From the human T2T-CHM13v2.0 reference genome, Homo sapiens, in assembly GCF_009914755.1 (NCBI RefSeq), contig NC_060940.1: a stretch of 64,000 nt of DNA; one strand, written 5' to 3'. This document shows positions 63,940 to 64,000 of this stretch, piece by piece. Under the pieces are notes generated by a model. The model was not told the DNA's origin. It did not search any database and worked only from the letters and a program-made list of their open reading frames with translations. The position numbers and the translations under genes were made by a program. The first letter of the stretch is position 1. The number at the start of each line of letters is the position of its first letter.

Positions 63940-63983
63940 TTAGGCTGGTGCAAAAGTGATTGCAGTTTTTGCCGCTACTTTTA
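63940..63983. mobile_element. Half MADE1 (mariner MITE)
   Basis: ttaggctggtgcaaaagtgattgcagtttttgcc matches the MADE1 arm; followed by (TATG)n to the window edge. Confidence 0.7.
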
Positions 63984-64000
63984 TGTATGTATGTATGTAT

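Noticed and set aside
63940-64000. Possible miR-548-family hairpin (MADE1)
   Set aside because: Only one arm is visible and it is followed by (TATG)n; no hairpin can be supported within the window.

Overview
Human (primate) genomic DNA matching, by recognition of the encoded proteins, the chromosome 16p12 DNAH3 / LDAF1 (TMEM159, promethin) / ZP2 locus. Left: the 5' end of axonemal dynein heavy chain DNAH3 (- strand), with two candidate alternative first coding exons (10249-10365 and 1210-1239); its exon 2 lies outside the window. The complete LDAF1 gene (+ strand) has a non-coding exon 1 in a CpG island, four coding exons giving 161 aa, an in-frame 72-nt cassette exon and a 19-codon uORF; its 5' end overlaps DNAH3 head-to-head. 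Right: the complete ZP2 coding region (- strand, 19 exons summing to 2238 nt = 745 aa + stop) with TATA box and FIGLA-type E-box. The rest is dense interspersed repeat: dozens of Alus, a full solo LTR12/ERV9 LTR with 4-bp TSD, MaLR/ERV1 LTRs, an L1 3' end, MIRs and DNA-transposon fossils. Repeat subfamily names come from recalled consensus sequences and need RepeatMasker confirmation. I found no convincing novel gene system. The best leads are regulatory or structural: overlapping promoters and alternative DNAH3 N-termini, the LTR12 promoter pointing at LDAF1, a templated AT-rich insertion, an in-frame upstream ATG plus acceptor in front of ZP2, and an intergenic CTCF/hairpin element. Most ORFs in the supplied track are Alu/LTR artefacts.
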